A DNA stretch of 64,000 bases from an uncultured Eubacteriales bacterium (lineage in GTDB: Bacteria; Bacillota; Clostridia; Oscillospirales; CAG-382), in NCBI GenBank assembly GCA_900548115.1, contig URJL01000003.1:4794-68793 (forward strand), read 5' to 3'. The translations under genes and the position numbers were made by a program. The notes beneath the pieces are model-generated. The model made no database searches. It was not told the origin of the DNA and saw only the letters and a list, made by a program, of their open reading frames with translations. Shown piece by piece: positions 46,097-56,823 of this stretch (the stretch's first letter is position 1; the number at the start of each line of letters is the position of its first letter).

Positions 46097-47587
46097 TCAA
46101 GAATCAAGGGCGGAATACTCTTCCGCATAAAAGCGCAGAATTTCCTCCCTGTTTTTCAGCATATACGTGTTGTCTTTCAAATATTCGTAGGGGTATTTCG
46201 GGTTGTGGAGCTTTTTTACGGTTTTAATGTCTTTTCCCACAAGCTTTGACGACGCGCCCGCGCCCGCCGCGAGAACCGTTCGGAATTCCTCCATCATGTC
46301 GATGTTGTAACGGCAGATTGCGTCCTTTGTTTTGGCATATCCGACGTTTTCGAGGTTGCCTCCCGTGTTTTTTTGACGGTACATATAGTACGGAAAATAC
46401 CCGTTTTGCCGCATTTTTTCCTCGGTGAAGGAGAGCATGCGCAGGACCGTTGGGTCGGAGGGCGAAATGGTCTTTCCGCCGACGGTGTATTCCGACGAGC
46501 GCTTCAGGGTAAAAGCGTGAACCGTTATATTTTCCGGCTCGAGCGACAGAACATCGCAAAGGCTCTTTTCAAAGCTTTCGACGCTCTCGCCCGGAAGCCC
46601 CGCGATAAGATCGGTGTTGATCGATGCAAAGCCCGCTTTTCGCGCTTTTTCAAAGGCGGAAAAATAATCGCGCGCGGTGTGACCCCGTCCCACGGCGCAA
46701 AGAATCGCGTCGTTGGTGGTCTGCGTGTTGATGCTTATGCGACCGATGCCCGCGCCGCGAAGAATTTTCAGTTTTTCCTCGGTCACCGTGTCGGGGCGTC
46801 CCGCTTCGAAGGTGAATTCCGAAAGAGTCTCGGACGAATAAGAAAGAAGAGGAAGAAGCTCCGAAAAAAATTGCTCCAGCTGTTTCTCGCTCAAAACCGA
46901 CGGCGTTCCGCCGCCGATGTAAAGTTCGCAAAGCGAAAGCGAAAGCTCTCTTGCCGTTTTTAAATAAAGCCGTACCTCCTCGCACAGGCACGCAAGATAG
47001 TCGGGCAGCAGCGCCGCAAGCGACGGCGTTGCATAAGAGGTGAACGAACAATAGCGGCAGCGCGTCGGGCAGAAAGGAATTCCGATATAAAGCCCGAAGG
47101 TCTTTTCTTTTCGGTATTTCAGATGGTCAAGGTCGATATCCGCCACCGAAAGAGAGAGCGCCGCTTTTTCGGGGCGAACCTTGTAAATCTCCGAAAGAAT
47201 TTTTGCCGTTTTTTCGTGCGAAAAGCCTTTTTGCAAAAAATCAAGGGCAAAGCGCGCGGGGCGAACCCCTGTGAGAATGCCCCACGGCGGGGCGTATCCG
47301 TCGTGTTCGGAAAAAAGCGCGACAATGAGATTCCCCGCAAAGACCTTGGCGGGATTTTCGCAGGTGGCGTAGTCGCCTGCCTTGGCGCTTGCCGCTTTTT
47401 CGAATGTTTTTCCATTTTCGAAGAGGGTTGCTTTCCCGAAAAACGTCTCGTTTTCCTCGTAAAGAGTGAGGGAAAGCGTCGAGCGGTCGTCGCCCGCTCC
47501 GAATTTTTCAACGGGGCGGAAGAGCAGGACCAGCGTCGAAAGATAGTGAGCGCTCACGGGAAGCGCGGTCGAAAGAACAATCTTCAT
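46097..47587 (-). CDS. hemZ: radical SAM coproporphyrinogen dehydrogenase-like protein HemZ
   Basis: ORF 46097..47593. ATG 47587 forms an ATGA overlap with the dtd stop (an alternative GTG lies at 47593). Radical SAM cluster [16 protein letters not shown], long HemZ-type N-terminal extension. Confidence 0.8.
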   Translation of the reverse strand: MKIVLSTALPVSAHYLSTLVLLFRPVEKFGAGDDRSTLSLTLYEENETFFGKATLFENGKTFEKAASAKAGDYATCENPAKVFAGNLIVALFSEHDGYAPPWGILTGVRPARFALDFLQKGFSHEKTAKILSEIYKVRPEKAALSLSVADIDLDHLKYRKEKTFGLYIGIPFCPTRCRYCSFTSYATPSLAALLPDYLACLCEEVRLYLKTARELSLSLCELYIGGGTPSVLSEKQLEQFFSELLPLLSYSSETLSEFTFEAGRPDTVTEEKLKILRGAGIGRISINTQTTNDAILCAVGRGHTARDYFSAFEKARKAGFASINTDLIAGLPGESVESFEKSLCDVLSLEPENITVHAFTLKRSSEYTVGGKTISPSDPTVLRMLSFTEEKMRQNGYFPYYMYRQKNTGGNLENVGYAKTKDAICRYNIDMMEEFRTVLAAGAGASSKLVGKDIKTVKKLHNPKYPYEYLKDNTYMLKNREEILRFYAEEYSALDS

Positions 47588-48051
47588 TTCCACTCATCCG
47601 TATCCATAAGGATGGTCACGGGTCCGTCGTTTAAGAGCGAGACCTTCATATCCGCGCCGAAAATGCCGTTTTCGACCGGAAGCGAAAACGTTTCGCGCAG
47701 ATACTTCGAAAAATATTCGTAAAGCGGCTCTGCAAGCGCGGGCTTTGCCGCGCCGAAAAAGTCGGGACGGTTGCCGCGGCGCGTGTCGGCGCACAGCGTA
47801 AACTGCGAAACGACCAAAACGCCGTACGGCTCGGGGATATTTTGATGATCGAGAAGCGAACGGTTCATTTTTCCGTTTTCGTCGCAGAAAACGCGAAGAC
47901 GTGCGATTTTTTCGGCGAGCTTTTGCGCCGTTTTTTCGTCGTCGTCGGGGCATACGCCCAAAAGCACCAGAAATCCGTTCCCGATTTTGCCGCAAACGCT
48001 TCCGTCGACCGTGACCGAAGCACTTGTTACTCGTTGAATGACCGCTTTCAT
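47584..48051 (-). CDS. dtd: D-aminoacyl-tRNA deacylase
   Basis: MKAVIQRV...LVLLGV...VSQFTL...[16 protein letters not shown]. Confidence 0.92.
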   Translation of the reverse strand: MKAVIQRVTSASVTVDGSVCGKIGNGFLVLLGVCPDDDEKTAQKLAEKIARLRVFCDENGKMNRSLLDHQNIPEPYGVLVVSQFTLCADTRRGNRPDFFGAAKPALAEPLYEYFSKYLRETFSLPVENGIFGADMKVSLLNDGPVTILMDTDEWK

Positions 48052-48066
48052 ATCGGCTCCTTTTTC

Positions 48067-50298
48067 TTATGAAAAACCGCGGGTTACGTCGGAAACATCG
48101 CTGATCTTGCGGATTCTTTGCACGATGGTCGTGACGTGTGTCGTGTTTTTGCAGGTAATGTTGATGGTGATCTTTAAAGTCTTTCCCGCTTGGATCGCCT
48201 TGGAATTCAAGGAATTTACCTGAACCTTCAGATCGTTTAAAAGATTTGAAAGCTCGGCAATGACCGTGAGGGAGTTTTTCGCGTAGATCTGCAAAACCGT
48301 TTCAAACCCGTTTTCGGAATTGCTGCGGTTGATCGAATACTGTGACCAATGCACCTTGACCCAACGGTCTTTTTCCTCTTCCTTTTGCTGACCCGAAACG
48401 GCGTTGGGACAATCGGCTTTGTGAACCGAAACGCCGAAGCCGCGCGTGACAAATCCGACGATGGCGTCGCCCGGAAGCGGGTTGCAGCAACGAGCAAAGC
48501 GGATCTGACAATTGTCGATTCCGTCGACGATGATGGTTTGATTTAAATTCTTCGGAGCGCCCTTCTGTGCGTTTTGCGAATAGGAGACCTCGCCGTTTTC
48601 GTCGGGAATGTTTTTCGGTTCTTCCTCCTGAACGGGGGTCACCACGCGGTCGAATTCGCTCTTTAGTTTAGAGGAGATTTTGGAGATCGACAGTCCGCCG
48701 TAGCCGAGACTGTTATAAAAGTCGTCGACGTCCGCCATGCCGATGCGGGCGGTGATGTTGGCGACAATTTCGCTTATCTGCGCGTCGGTGCAGGCGCGGC
48801 CGAACGACTTGATCTCGCGCTCGACCATGCTCTTTCCCTCCGCAATATTTTCGGTGCGTTTTTCGCGCTTATACCATTGACGGATTTTGTTTTTTGCTTC
48901 GCTGGTGCGGACGATCTTCAGCCAGTCCTTGCTCGGTCCCTTCGGGGTGGGGGAGGTGATGACCTCGACGATCTGTCCCGTTTGCAGAACTGTGCTGATG
49001 GGCACGATCATGCCGTTGACTTTGGCACCCGTCATGCGGTTGCCGACCTCGCTGTGAATGGCAAAGGCAAAGTCGATGCACGTCGCGCCGTTTTGCAGGC
49101 TGATAACGTCGCCCTTCGGCGTGAAAACGAAAATTTCGTCCTCGAATATGTCGATCTTCAAGGGCTTCAAAAATTCGTCGCTGTCGGCGTCGCCCTTTTC
49201 GGTCTCAACCAGCGTTCGGATCCATTTTAATTTTTCGGCGATGTTTTCCTTGTCCTGCTCGCCCGATTTATACTTCCAGTGCGCCGCCACACCGTATTCC
49301 GCCACCGTGTGCATTTCCCATGTGCGGATCTGCACCTCGAAGGGAATTCCGTGCCGCCCGATGACCGTCGTATGGAGCGAACGGTAAAGATTGGGTTTCG
49401 GCGTGGAAATATAATCCTTGAAGCGTCCGGGGATCAGGTTGAACATTTCGTGGATGATGCCGAGCACCGTGTAGCATTCAAGCTCGGTGTCGACGATAAT
49501 GCGGATGGCGTAAAAATCGTAGATCTCGTCAAAGCTTTTGCCCTGATTGTACATTTTTTTATAAATGCTGAAGATCGATTTTACGCGCCCCGACATGGAG
49601 TACGGAATTTTTTCTTCGGCAAGCTTTTCGCGGATCTGCGTCTGTGCGTTTTCTAAGAAATCGCGGTTTTCGCCGTAGCGGTGCTCAATGTCCTTTTTGA
49701 CCTCTTCGTAGCCGATCGGGTCGAGGTATTGCAACGACAGATTTTCAAGCTCGCCCTTGATTTTCTGAATACCGAGACGGTGGGCAAGCGGTGCGTAGAC
49801 GTGCATGGTCTCGAGCGCGATGCGGCGCTGTTTTGCGTCGGGCTGTGCCGAGAGAGTGCGCATGTTGTGCAGACGGTCGGCAAGCTTGATAAAGATGACG
49901 CGGATGTCTTTGGACATGGCAAGAAACATCTTGCGCAGGTTCTCGACGCTTTCCTCTTCGCGGTTTTCAAAGTGAATGTTGACAAGCTTTGTAAGCCCGT
50001 CGACCAGCTCGCAAACCTCGTCGCCGAACATTTTGCGGATAGTCTCGCTGTCGGTTTTGTCCTTGCAGTCCTCGAGCGTGTCGTGCAAAAGGGCGGCGCA
50101 CACCGAGTCGGTGTCCAGCTCCAGCTGCGCGACGATGATGGCGACGGCTACGGGGTGCGAGATATATTCCTCACCCGAGCGGCGAAATTGCCCTTCGTGC
50201 AGCGTATGCGCATAATCATAAGCTTTTTTGATCTTATCAAAATCGTATTGGGTGCTGATGGCGATCAGCTTTTCATACAATTCGGCGTAATAATCCAT
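48067..50298 (-). CDS. relA: bifunctional (p)ppGpp synthetase/hydrolase (RelA/SpoT homologue)
   Basis: HD domain (HPVAVA...LHDTLED), synthetase motif RFKDYISTPKPNLYRSLHTTV, TGS region (FVFTPKGDVISL) and a C-terminal ACT-like domain. Confidence 0.93.
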   Translation of the reverse strand: MDYYAELYEKLIAISTQYDFDKIKKAYDYAHTLHEGQFRRSGEEYISHPVAVAIIVAQLELDTDSVCAALLHDTLEDCKDKTDSETIRKMFGDEVCELVDGLTKLVNIHFENREEESVENLRKMFLAMSKDIRVIFIKLADRLHNMRTLSAQPDAKQRRIALETMHVYAPLAHRLGIQKIKGELENLSLQYLDPIGYEEVKKDIEHRYGENRDFLENAQTQIREKLAEEKIPYSMSGRVKSIFSIYKKMYNQGKSFDEIYDFYAIRIIVDTELECYTVLGIIHEMFNLIPGRFKDYISTPKPNLYRSLHTTVIGRHGIPFEVQIRTWEMHTVAEYGVAAHWKYKSGEQDKENIAEKLKWIRTLVETEKGDADSDEFLKPLKIDIFEDEIFVFTPKGDVISLQNGATCIDFAFAIHSEVGNRMTGAKVNGMIVPISTVLQTGQIVEVITSPTPKGPSKDWLKIVRTSEAKNKIRQWYKREKRTENIAEGKSMVEREIKSFGRACTDAQISEIVANITARIGMADVDDFYNSLGYGGLSISKISSKLKSEFDRVVTPVQEEEPKNIPDENGEVSYSQNAQKGAPKNLNQTIIVDGIDNCQIRFARCCNPLPGDAIVGFVTRGFGVSVHKADCPNAVSGQQKEEEKDRWVKVHWSQYSINRSNSENGFETVLQIYAKNSLTVIAELSNLLNDLKVQVNSLNSKAIQAGKTLKITINITCKNTTHVTTIVQRIRKISDVSDVTRGFS

Positions 50299-50330
50299 GG
50301 CGGTTATATCCTTTCAAAAGGGACTTTTCG

Positions 50331-52433
50331 TTATTTTCCCGCGTTTTGCCGCAGGCGCGAAAGGAGGGTGCTTTCCTCGAGATTGACTTTTCCCTCCACC
50401 GCGCAGAGCGATACCTCGGCATCGTTCAGTCCGTCGCGCGAGAGGGTTATCAGCCCGCGCTCGGCAAAGACATCCAGCATGATATTGACCATGCACGGGG
50501 TCGACGGAACGCCGCCCGCGCGCAGCTTTTGCGAAAAAGAGCAAATGTCGATGTGCGGCGAGGTCTGAAGCGCGTTTCGCAAATAGACGAAGGTCTTGCG
50601 GAAGACCGTGATATCGGGAAGGTTTTCCGCGCTTACGGTAAAGGTCGCGATGGCGCGGAGATATTCTTTTGCCTGACGGTTTATGTAGGTGAGCGTTTCG
50701 CTTGACGGGCGAAGATCGCGCAGATGCAGCTGTACCGAGCGCGCTCCGCGGAATTCGTTGATCTCGAGCGAAAAAGCCGCGTCGACGTGCGCGCCCTTTT
50801 CAAAGGTGAATTCAGCCGGCGTTTTGTTGAAATAAAGCGCCGTGAAGCTGCATTCCCCGCGTGAGAGCAACAGCCGCAGATGTTTGTCGTTTCCGATCGG
50901 CGTTACCGATTCGATTACCGCGTCGCGCAGAGCGAAGACGGGCGAGGGATTCCCGTTGCCGTACGGCTCGAGCACTCCGAGCATTTCGGCATGGCGCGTG
51001 TCCAGCTCGTTTTCCGAAAGCTCAAGGTCGATGGCAAGCTCGGGCAGGCGCATCTCCTCGGTGATTCTCTCGGCGGCGTAGGCGTTGATCGCCTCGCGGA
51101 AAGCGCCGATTTTCTCTTCCTCGAGCGAAAGTCCCGCCGCAAGCTCGTGCCCGCCGCATTTCAAAAGCAGTTCGCGGCAGGCTCCGATCGCTTCGTTGAT
51201 GTTAAAGCCCTTGATACTGCGTGCCGATCCTTTTCCCACGCCGTTGTGGGTGGTAATGAGAATACAGGGGAGATTGCAGCGCTCGACAAGACGCGAAGCG
51301 ACAATGCCGATAACGCCTTGGTGCCAATGATCGCTCGACAGCACCAAGACCCGATCTTTTTCAAAATCGACGGTCTTGTCGATCTGTTCGAGCGCTTCGG
51401 CGAGAATCTGCGCTTCAATCGCCTGACGTTCGCGGTTGAGCGCGCAAAGCTCCTCGGCGACGGCAAGGGCGCGGTCGGGGTCGCGGGTGATCAAAAGCTC
51501 CGCCGCGTGCTTTACCTCTCCGATGCGTCCCGCCGCGTTCAGGCGCGGCGCGATAATAAAGCCGACGGTCGTGGCGGTGATATTCTTTTTCGTTTCGGCG
51601 TTTCCGCCCTGCGCCGCATACAAAAGCGCCCGAACGCCGAGATTGGCGCCCTTGCGATTATTTAAGACCGAAAGCCCGTGCGATACGATCGTTCGGTTTT
51701 CCCCGTGCAGGGGCATGACGTCGGCGACCGTACCGAGCGACACGATGTCGAGATATTTTTCGCACAGAGCGGGAAGATTCTGCTCCCCCTCCAGCGCGCA
51801 CAGAAGCTTGAACACCACGCCGACGCCCGCAAGCTCGGTGAAGGGATACACGTTGTCGGGGCGTTTGGGATTGATCACGGCGAGCGCGTCGGTTGGAAGC
51901 GCTCCGCGGCATTCGTGGTGGTCGGTGATGATAAGGTCGATCCCTTTTTGCTTTGCATACGCCGCTTCTTCGACGGCGGTAATGCCCGTGTCGACCGTGA
52001 TGACAAGGCGTATTTTCGCGGCGGCAAAGCGGTCGATGGCGGCGGTGTTGAGTCCGTAGCCCTCCGAAAGGCGCTCGGGAATGTAATAACAGACCTGCGC
52101 CTCCTTGGAGGAAAGATAGAGGTACAGCGCCGCGACCGACGAAATTCCGTCGACGTCATAGTCGCCGTAGATCAAAATACGTTCGCCGTTTTCGACGGCG
52201 CTCTTTATCCGCGCGCACGCTTTTTCCATGTCCGCAAGCAAAAAAGGGTCGTGAAAGGAAAGCGCGTCGCCGCTCAAAAAATCCGCCGCCTTTTCGGGCG
52301 TGTCGATTCCGCGGGCACAAAGTATGCGCGCAAGAAAAAGAGGAATTTCCGTTTCCCGCGCCACTTTTTCGGCGCTTTCGGTATTATAGGGACGCACTGT
52401 CCACTTTTTTTCGTTTTTCAATCGTATATTCAT
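50331..52433 (-). CDS. recJ: single-stranded-DNA-specific exonuclease RecJ
   Basis: DHH motifs ILIYGDYDVDGISS, VITVDTG, IITDHHE; DHHA1 motif GGHELAAGLSL. Confidence 0.92.
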   Translation of the reverse strand: MNIRLKNEKKWTVRPYNTESAEKVARETEIPLFLARILCARGIDTPEKAADFLSGDALSFHDPFLLADMEKACARIKSAVENGERILIYGDYDVDGISSVAALYLYLSSKEAQVCYYIPERLSEGYGLNTAAIDRFAAAKIRLVITVDTGITAVEEAAYAKQKGIDLIITDHHECRGALPTDALAVINPKRPDNVYPFTELAGVGVVFKLLCALEGEQNLPALCEKYLDIVSLGTVADVMPLHGENRTIVSHGLSVLNNRKGANLGVRALLYAAQGGNAETKKNITATTVGFIIAPRLNAAGRIGEVKHAAELLITRDPDRALAVAEELCALNRERQAIEAQILAEALEQIDKTVDFEKDRVLVLSSDHWHQGVIGIVASRLVERCNLPCILITTHNGVGKGSARSIKGFNINEAIGACRELLLKCGGHELAAGLSLEEEKIGAFREAINAYAAERITEEMRLPELAIDLELSENELDTRHAEMLGVLEPYGNGNPSPVFALRDAVIESVTPIGNDKHLRLLLSRGECSFTALYFNKTPAEFTFEKGAHVDAAFSLEINEFRGARSVQLHLRDLRPSSETLTYINRQAKEYLRAIATFTVSAENLPDITVFRKTFVYLRNALQTSPHIDICSFSQKLRAGGVPSTPCMVNIMLDVFAERGLITLSRDGLNDAEVSLCAVEGKVNLEESTLLSRLRQNAGK

Positions 52434-52521
52434 TCGATTCGAATCGGTCCAATCTGTAATATAGGTCGGGTATCGCTTTAACGATACGTTATTTCGTGTT
52501 TTACAAAAAATGAGAGAATAA

Positions 52522-52953
52522 TCAGCCCTGCGCTTTTTCGACGATACGTTTCAGCATGACGCACGGGCGTTTTTTTACATAACGGTTCATTCCGTAAAGC
52601 AGTCCCGCAAAGGGAATAACAAACCCCGCCGCAGCGCCGAGAAGACAAGCCGTTTCGGAAGCGCCGTTTTGCGACAGAAGACCGCAGAGAAAGAAAGCGA
52701 AAAGCAAGGGAAAAATAAAGATTAAAAAGGTCGTTCCGAGAACAAAGCGGTTTTCGGAATAAAGTTCTACACGGTCGCCGACTGCGGCACCGAGCGTGTT
52801 TTTCACTTTGATCATGATCGGCTTTTCGTGAGTCGCATCGCACCCGCCGCCGCAAAAAGCCTTTTGCTTACAGCCCTCGCAGGCGCTTTGCCGCATGACG
52901 CGGACGTTTATTTTGCCGTCGTTTTCGGAGACGACAAGTCCCGATTGTACCAT
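52522..52953 (-). CDS. RseC/MucC-family (SoxR-reducing-system) membrane protein
   Basis: The N-terminal Cys-rich soluble part (CEGCKQKAFCGGGC) followed by two TM helices is typical RseC architecture. Confidence 0.65.
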   Translation of the reverse strand: MVQSGLVVSENDGKINVRVMRQSACEGCKQKAFCGGGCDATHEKPIMIKVKNTLGAAVGDRVELYSENRFVLGTTFLIFIFPLLFAFFLCGLLSQNGASETACLLGAAAGFVIPFAGLLYGMNRYVKKRPCVMLKRIVEKAQG

Positions 52954-53010
52954 AAAGTTTCTCCTTTGAAATCGGAAAGCTTAAAAAACCGACAAAGACC
53001 GAAAGAGCGG

Positions 53011-54648
53011 TCAGACGGTTTCGAGATAGGCAAGCGCACAGCGGATCCCGTCGACTGCGGCGCTGGTAATGCCGCCCGCGTAGCCCGCTCCCTCGCCGCA
53101 GGGGTAAAGCCCTTTGTGCGAAAGCGCCGACAGCGTGTCCTTTTCACGCAAAATGCGGACGGGCGACGAAGTTCGGGTCTCGGGCGCGGTCAGGATCGCG
53201 TCGGGCGAAGAAAAGCCCGAAAGCTGTTTTTCGAAGCACAAAAAGCCCTTTTTCAAATATTCGCCGACAAACGGCGGAAAGAGCGTTTCGACCGCGCATT
53301 CCTCGGTTTTTCCGGTGTAGGTGGGAAGCACTTTTCCCGAGGCGGCTCCGTTTTTCAAAAAATCACCCATGGTTCGGATCGGTGCGTTTCCGTGCGCTGC
53401 TTCGAACGCTTTTTGCTCGATGGTGTGCTGAAAGGCGATGGCGGAAAACACGTCGCCGCCGAAGTCTTTTTCGTTTATCGAAACGGCGATGGCGGAGTTT
53501 GCGTTCTGCCCGTCGCGGGCGTGAAAGCTCATGCCGTTGGTGACGATCGTGCCGCGCTCGGAAGCCGAGGCGACGACCGTTCCGCCGGGACACATGCAGA
53601 AGGAATAGACCGCGCGGTCGCCGTCAAAGCGGTGCGAAAGGGCGTATTCGCCGTGCGGCAGGGCGGGATGTCCCGCCTTTTCGCCGTAGAGGGCGCGGTC
53701 AATGTCGGCTTGCAGATGCTCGACGCGAACGCCCACCGAAAAGGGCTTGGCGCAGAGAGAGACTCCTTCTGAAACAAGCGTTTTGAAGGTGTCGCGCGCA
53801 CTGTGTCCGACGGCGAGAAACAGCGCGTCGGTCTCGATCTCGCCGTTTGTCGTTACCGCGGCGCGGACGCGCCCGTCCGAGAAAAAGCGAATACCGCAAA
53901 GAGCGGTCTCGAACCGTACCTCGCCGCCCAGCGAAAGGATCGTCTTTCGAATGTTTTTGACAATGGCACGAAGCTTGTCCGTCCCGACGTGCGGCTTTGC
54001 CGAGATGAGAATATCCTCGTCGGCTCCGTTTTGATAAAAAGTCTCGAGAACACTTTGACAAAGCGGATCGTTGATTCGGGTCATAAGCTTCCCGTCCGAA
54101 AAAGTGCCCGCGCCGCCCTCGCCGAACTGAACGTTCGATTCGGGGTCGACGACGCCGCTTTCCCAATAGCGCGCAACGTCGTCCGCCCGTCGGTCGACCT
54201 CCCGCCCGCGCTCGAGAACGATGGGGCGAAGCCCCGCCCGCGCAAGGGTGAGGGCGCAAAACATACCGCCGGGACCGAAGCCCGCGACGACGGGGCGAAG
54301 AGCACTTTTCTTTTCGGGAATAAAAAGCGGATCGTCGCAAAGAACCGAGAGCGAATGCTTTGCCGCAAAGGCGGAAAAGCGCGCATATTGCTCTTCGTTC
54401 AAAAATTGCGCTTCGCAAAGGCAAAAGGCGATCGAGTAGACAAACCGAATGTCCTCTTTTTTTCGCGCGTCGACCGATTTTTTGAACACCCGAAAGGAAT
54501 TCTCCTTTACGGGATAGCGAAGAGAGGCGGCGCGCACCTTTTTGCGCGCCGCCTCCTTTGCCGCTTCATCGCACAAAAACGCACTTTTTTGCAGCGGCAC
54601 GGAGACGCTTCGCACAAGAAGCGTCTCGATTTTGCGTATGTTATTCAT
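53011..54648 (-). CDS. FAD-dependent oxidoreductase-like protein (COG2509-type)
   Basis: ORF 53011..54726; start moved to ATG 54648 (MNNIRKIE...), overlapping the cdaR stop by 8 nt. Dinucleotide motif VVAGFGPGGMFCAL and C-terminal GLYPCGEGAGYAGGITSAAVDG. Confidence 0.7.
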   Translation of the reverse strand: MNNIRKIETLLVRSVSVPLQKSAFLCDEAAKEAARKKVRAASLRYPVKENSFRVFKKSVDARKKEDIRFVYSIAFCLCEAQFLNEEQYARFSAFAAKHSLSVLCDDPLFIPEKKSALRPVVAGFGPGGMFCALTLARAGLRPIVLERGREVDRRADDVARYWESGVVDPESNVQFGEGGAGTFSDGKLMTRINDPLCQSVLETFYQNGADEDILISAKPHVGTDKLRAIVKNIRKTILSLGGEVRFETALCGIRFFSDGRVRAAVTTNGEIETDALFLAVGHSARDTFKTLVSEGVSLCAKPFSVGVRVEHLQADIDRALYGEKAGHPALPHGEYALSHRFDGDRAVYSFCMCPGGTVVASASERGTIVTNGMSFHARDGQNANSAIAVSINEKDFGGDVFSAIAFQHTIEQKAFEAAHGNAPIRTMGDFLKNGAASGKVLPTYTGKTEECAVETLFPPFVGEYLKKGFLCFEKQLSGFSSPDAILTAPETRTSSPVRILREKDTLSALSHKGLYPCGEGAGYAGGITSAAVDGIRCALAYLETV

Positions 54649-55984
54649 TCGTGTTTTCCGCTTTCGTGATAATAAGATCGGCGGTGCAGTCCGATGCATT
54701 TTTAATGAAGACATTGCGCACCTCATCCGAGCCGAACACCACCTCGACGGGATAATCGTAATAGGTTCCCTCGGAGAGTCCGTCGGCGGAGATATAGGCT
54801 TTTATATCGGAGGCGGACAGCTGCGAAACAACGTCGTAAGTGCCGCAAACCGTGAGAAACAGAGGGCTTGCCGCTTCGGCGGCGAGACCGTCCTCGACCC
54901 CTTCGACCGTAATGCGGCGGGCAATGAAGGTGATCTGCCGCTCGCGGTAATTTTTGATCGAAAGCTGCATGGAACATTTGGTGCGCGTCCCGGCAAGGCT
55001 TACGCCGTCGGGCAGTTTATAATCGAGCTGCAAAGTCTGCGACGAGCCGATGAGCGTCTCGTCGACGGGCGTTGTGCCGATCTCGGTGAGATTTTCGATG
55101 TCCTCAATCTCCCCCCGCACCGTGACGGTGGAGGGCTTTGCCGTATATTCGATGACATCGGCGTCGAAATATCCGTGCTGGAATTCGGGCACGACGGGCA
55201 GTTCTTTTTCCATGTTGACGGGAACATACACGTCGATCTGCTTGTCTAAGATCGAAACATACGGGTTGTCGATCTCGTTTCCGCTCTCGTCCAGCAAAAT
55301 CGGCGTCACGCCCTTGATGTTGACCGAGCGGTTGATCTGCGAAAGCTCGACGGTCACTTCGGCTTCGGCAATGGTGGCAAGAACCTCTTCGGGTCCCTGC
55401 ACCGTGACATAGCTGCGGGAGGTCTCGAGCGTGCCGATCTTCAAGGTCTTGTCGTCGCTCGTGCCGCCCGTATATTCCGCCCGAACCCGCACGCTGCGGC
55501 TCGAGGGCTTGTCAACGTAAACATAAAGGCTCTTCGGCAACACCTCTTCGATCGAGGCGTCCTTTGCCGTGACGACCGAAATGTTCAGAGGATATTCGCC
55601 CGCCTCGGTGATCTGGGAAATGTCGACATAGGCGGTGATATCGGAGGAGCGGATGCCCGAGAGCACGCTTCTCTTTCCCGAAAGAACCACGTCGACGGTG
55701 TAGCGGTCGCTCGACATGACCTCCAGCCCCTTGCGGTTCGTTCCCGTGTTACGGAAAGTCACCTCAACGCCGCTGTAGGTCTCACGGTACGTGGTGCTCT
55801 GCGTGTCGATAACATACGACCATAAACAGACGGCGGCGAAAACGCATAGAATCTTGGCGATGATATCGTGCGTGAAAAACGTCTTGACCGCATTCCAAAA
55901 TTTTGTGCGCGAAAAACCCGTGTCCGAGCCGTCCTCGTTCTTTTTTCCGAAATTTTTGAAAAACGGCATGTTGATCTTTTTCAT
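54641..55984 (-). CDS. cdaR: YbbR-domain protein CdaR (diadenylate cyclase regulator)
   Basis: N-terminal TM segment followed by repeated YbbR-like beta-rich modules; ATGA overlap with the cdaA stop. Confidence 0.8.
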   Translation of the reverse strand: MKKINMPFFKNFGKKNEDGSDTGFSRTKFWNAVKTFFTHDIIAKILCVFAAVCLWSYVIDTQSTTYRETYSGVEVTFRNTGTNRKGLEVMSSDRYTVDVVLSGKRSVLSGIRSSDITAYVDISQITEAGEYPLNISVVTAKDASIEEVLPKSLYVYVDKPSSRSVRVRAEYTGGTSDDKTLKIGTLETSRSYVTVQGPEEVLATIAEAEVTVELSQINRSVNIKGVTPILLDESGNEIDNPYVSILDKQIDVYVPVNMEKELPVVPEFQHGYFDADVIEYTAKPSTVTVRGEIEDIENLTEIGTTPVDETLIGSSQTLQLDYKLPDGVSLAGTRTKCSMQLSIKNYRERQITFIARRITVEGVEDGLAAEAASPLFLTVCGTYDVVSQLSASDIKAYISADGLSEGTYYDYPVEVVFGSDEVRNVFIKNASDCTADLIITKAENTNE

Positions 55985-56823
55985 TTCGTCCCTCCGTTTT
56001 CCCCGTTTTTGTCGTTATCGTTTTCCGACAGCATAAGGCGTAAAAGAAGCCTGCGCAGCTGTGCGCCGTCGTAATGGCGGGTCAGATGTCCGTCGAGCGC
56101 GACCGAGATCACGCCCGTTTCCTCCGATACGATCACCACGACCGCGTCGGAGTTTTCACTCATGCCGATGCCGGCGCGATGGCGCGTTCCGAGATCCTTG
56201 ATGATCTCGGGATTGGTGGAAAGCGGAAGAAAACAGCCTGCCGAATAAAGGCGGTTGCTGCGGATGATGAGCGCGCCGTCGTGCATGGGCGCTTTGTTGA
56301 AGAAAATATTTTTGATCATATACGCGACGGGAAGCGCGTCGATAACCGTTCCCGTTTTAATGACGTCGCCGAGCTTGGTCGAGCGCTCGAAAATGATGAG
56401 AGCACCCGTCTTTTCGGCGGAAAAGTCGGTCACGGCTTCGACAACCGCGTCGATGCACTGCACGGTCTGCGACATGTATTTTTTGTCCTTTTTACGGTTG
56501 CGCGAAATAAAAGAGGGTCCGCCGACCTTTTCGAGAAAGGCGCGAAGCTCCGACTGGAACAAAATGACGACGCCGATCATGCCGACCTGCACGATGTTGC
56601 CGATAAGAAAGCTCAAAACCGACATGCCGAGAAGGTTGCTGACCATCATGGCGACGAATACGAGAAGAATGCCGACGGCAAGCTTTCCCGCGCGGCGGTC
56701 GCGTACAAAACGGTATATGTAATAGAAAATGACCGATACGATGGCAATATCTAAAACATCAAAGAAGCCGATCGAGGAAAATTGCGTGAGAAAACCCGAA
56801 AAAGCGTCATACAGCGTGCTCAT
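55981..56823 (-). CDS. cdaA: diadenylate cyclase CdaA
   Basis: Three N-terminal TM helices and a DAC domain with MHDGALII and GTRHRAGIGMSE. Confidence 0.92.
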   Translation of the reverse strand: MSTLYDAFSGFLTQFSSIGFFDVLDIAIVSVIFYYIYRFVRDRRAGKLAVGILLVFVAMMVSNLLGMSVLSFLIGNIVQVGMIGVVILFQSELRAFLEKVGGPSFISRNRKKDKKYMSQTVQCIDAVVEAVTDFSAEKTGALIIFERSTKLGDVIKTGTVIDALPVAYMIKNIFFNKAPMHDGALIIRSNRLYSAGCFLPLSTNPEIIKDLGTRHRAGIGMSENSDAVVVIVSEETGVISVALDGHLTRHYDGAQLRRLLLRLMLSENDNDKNGENGGTK

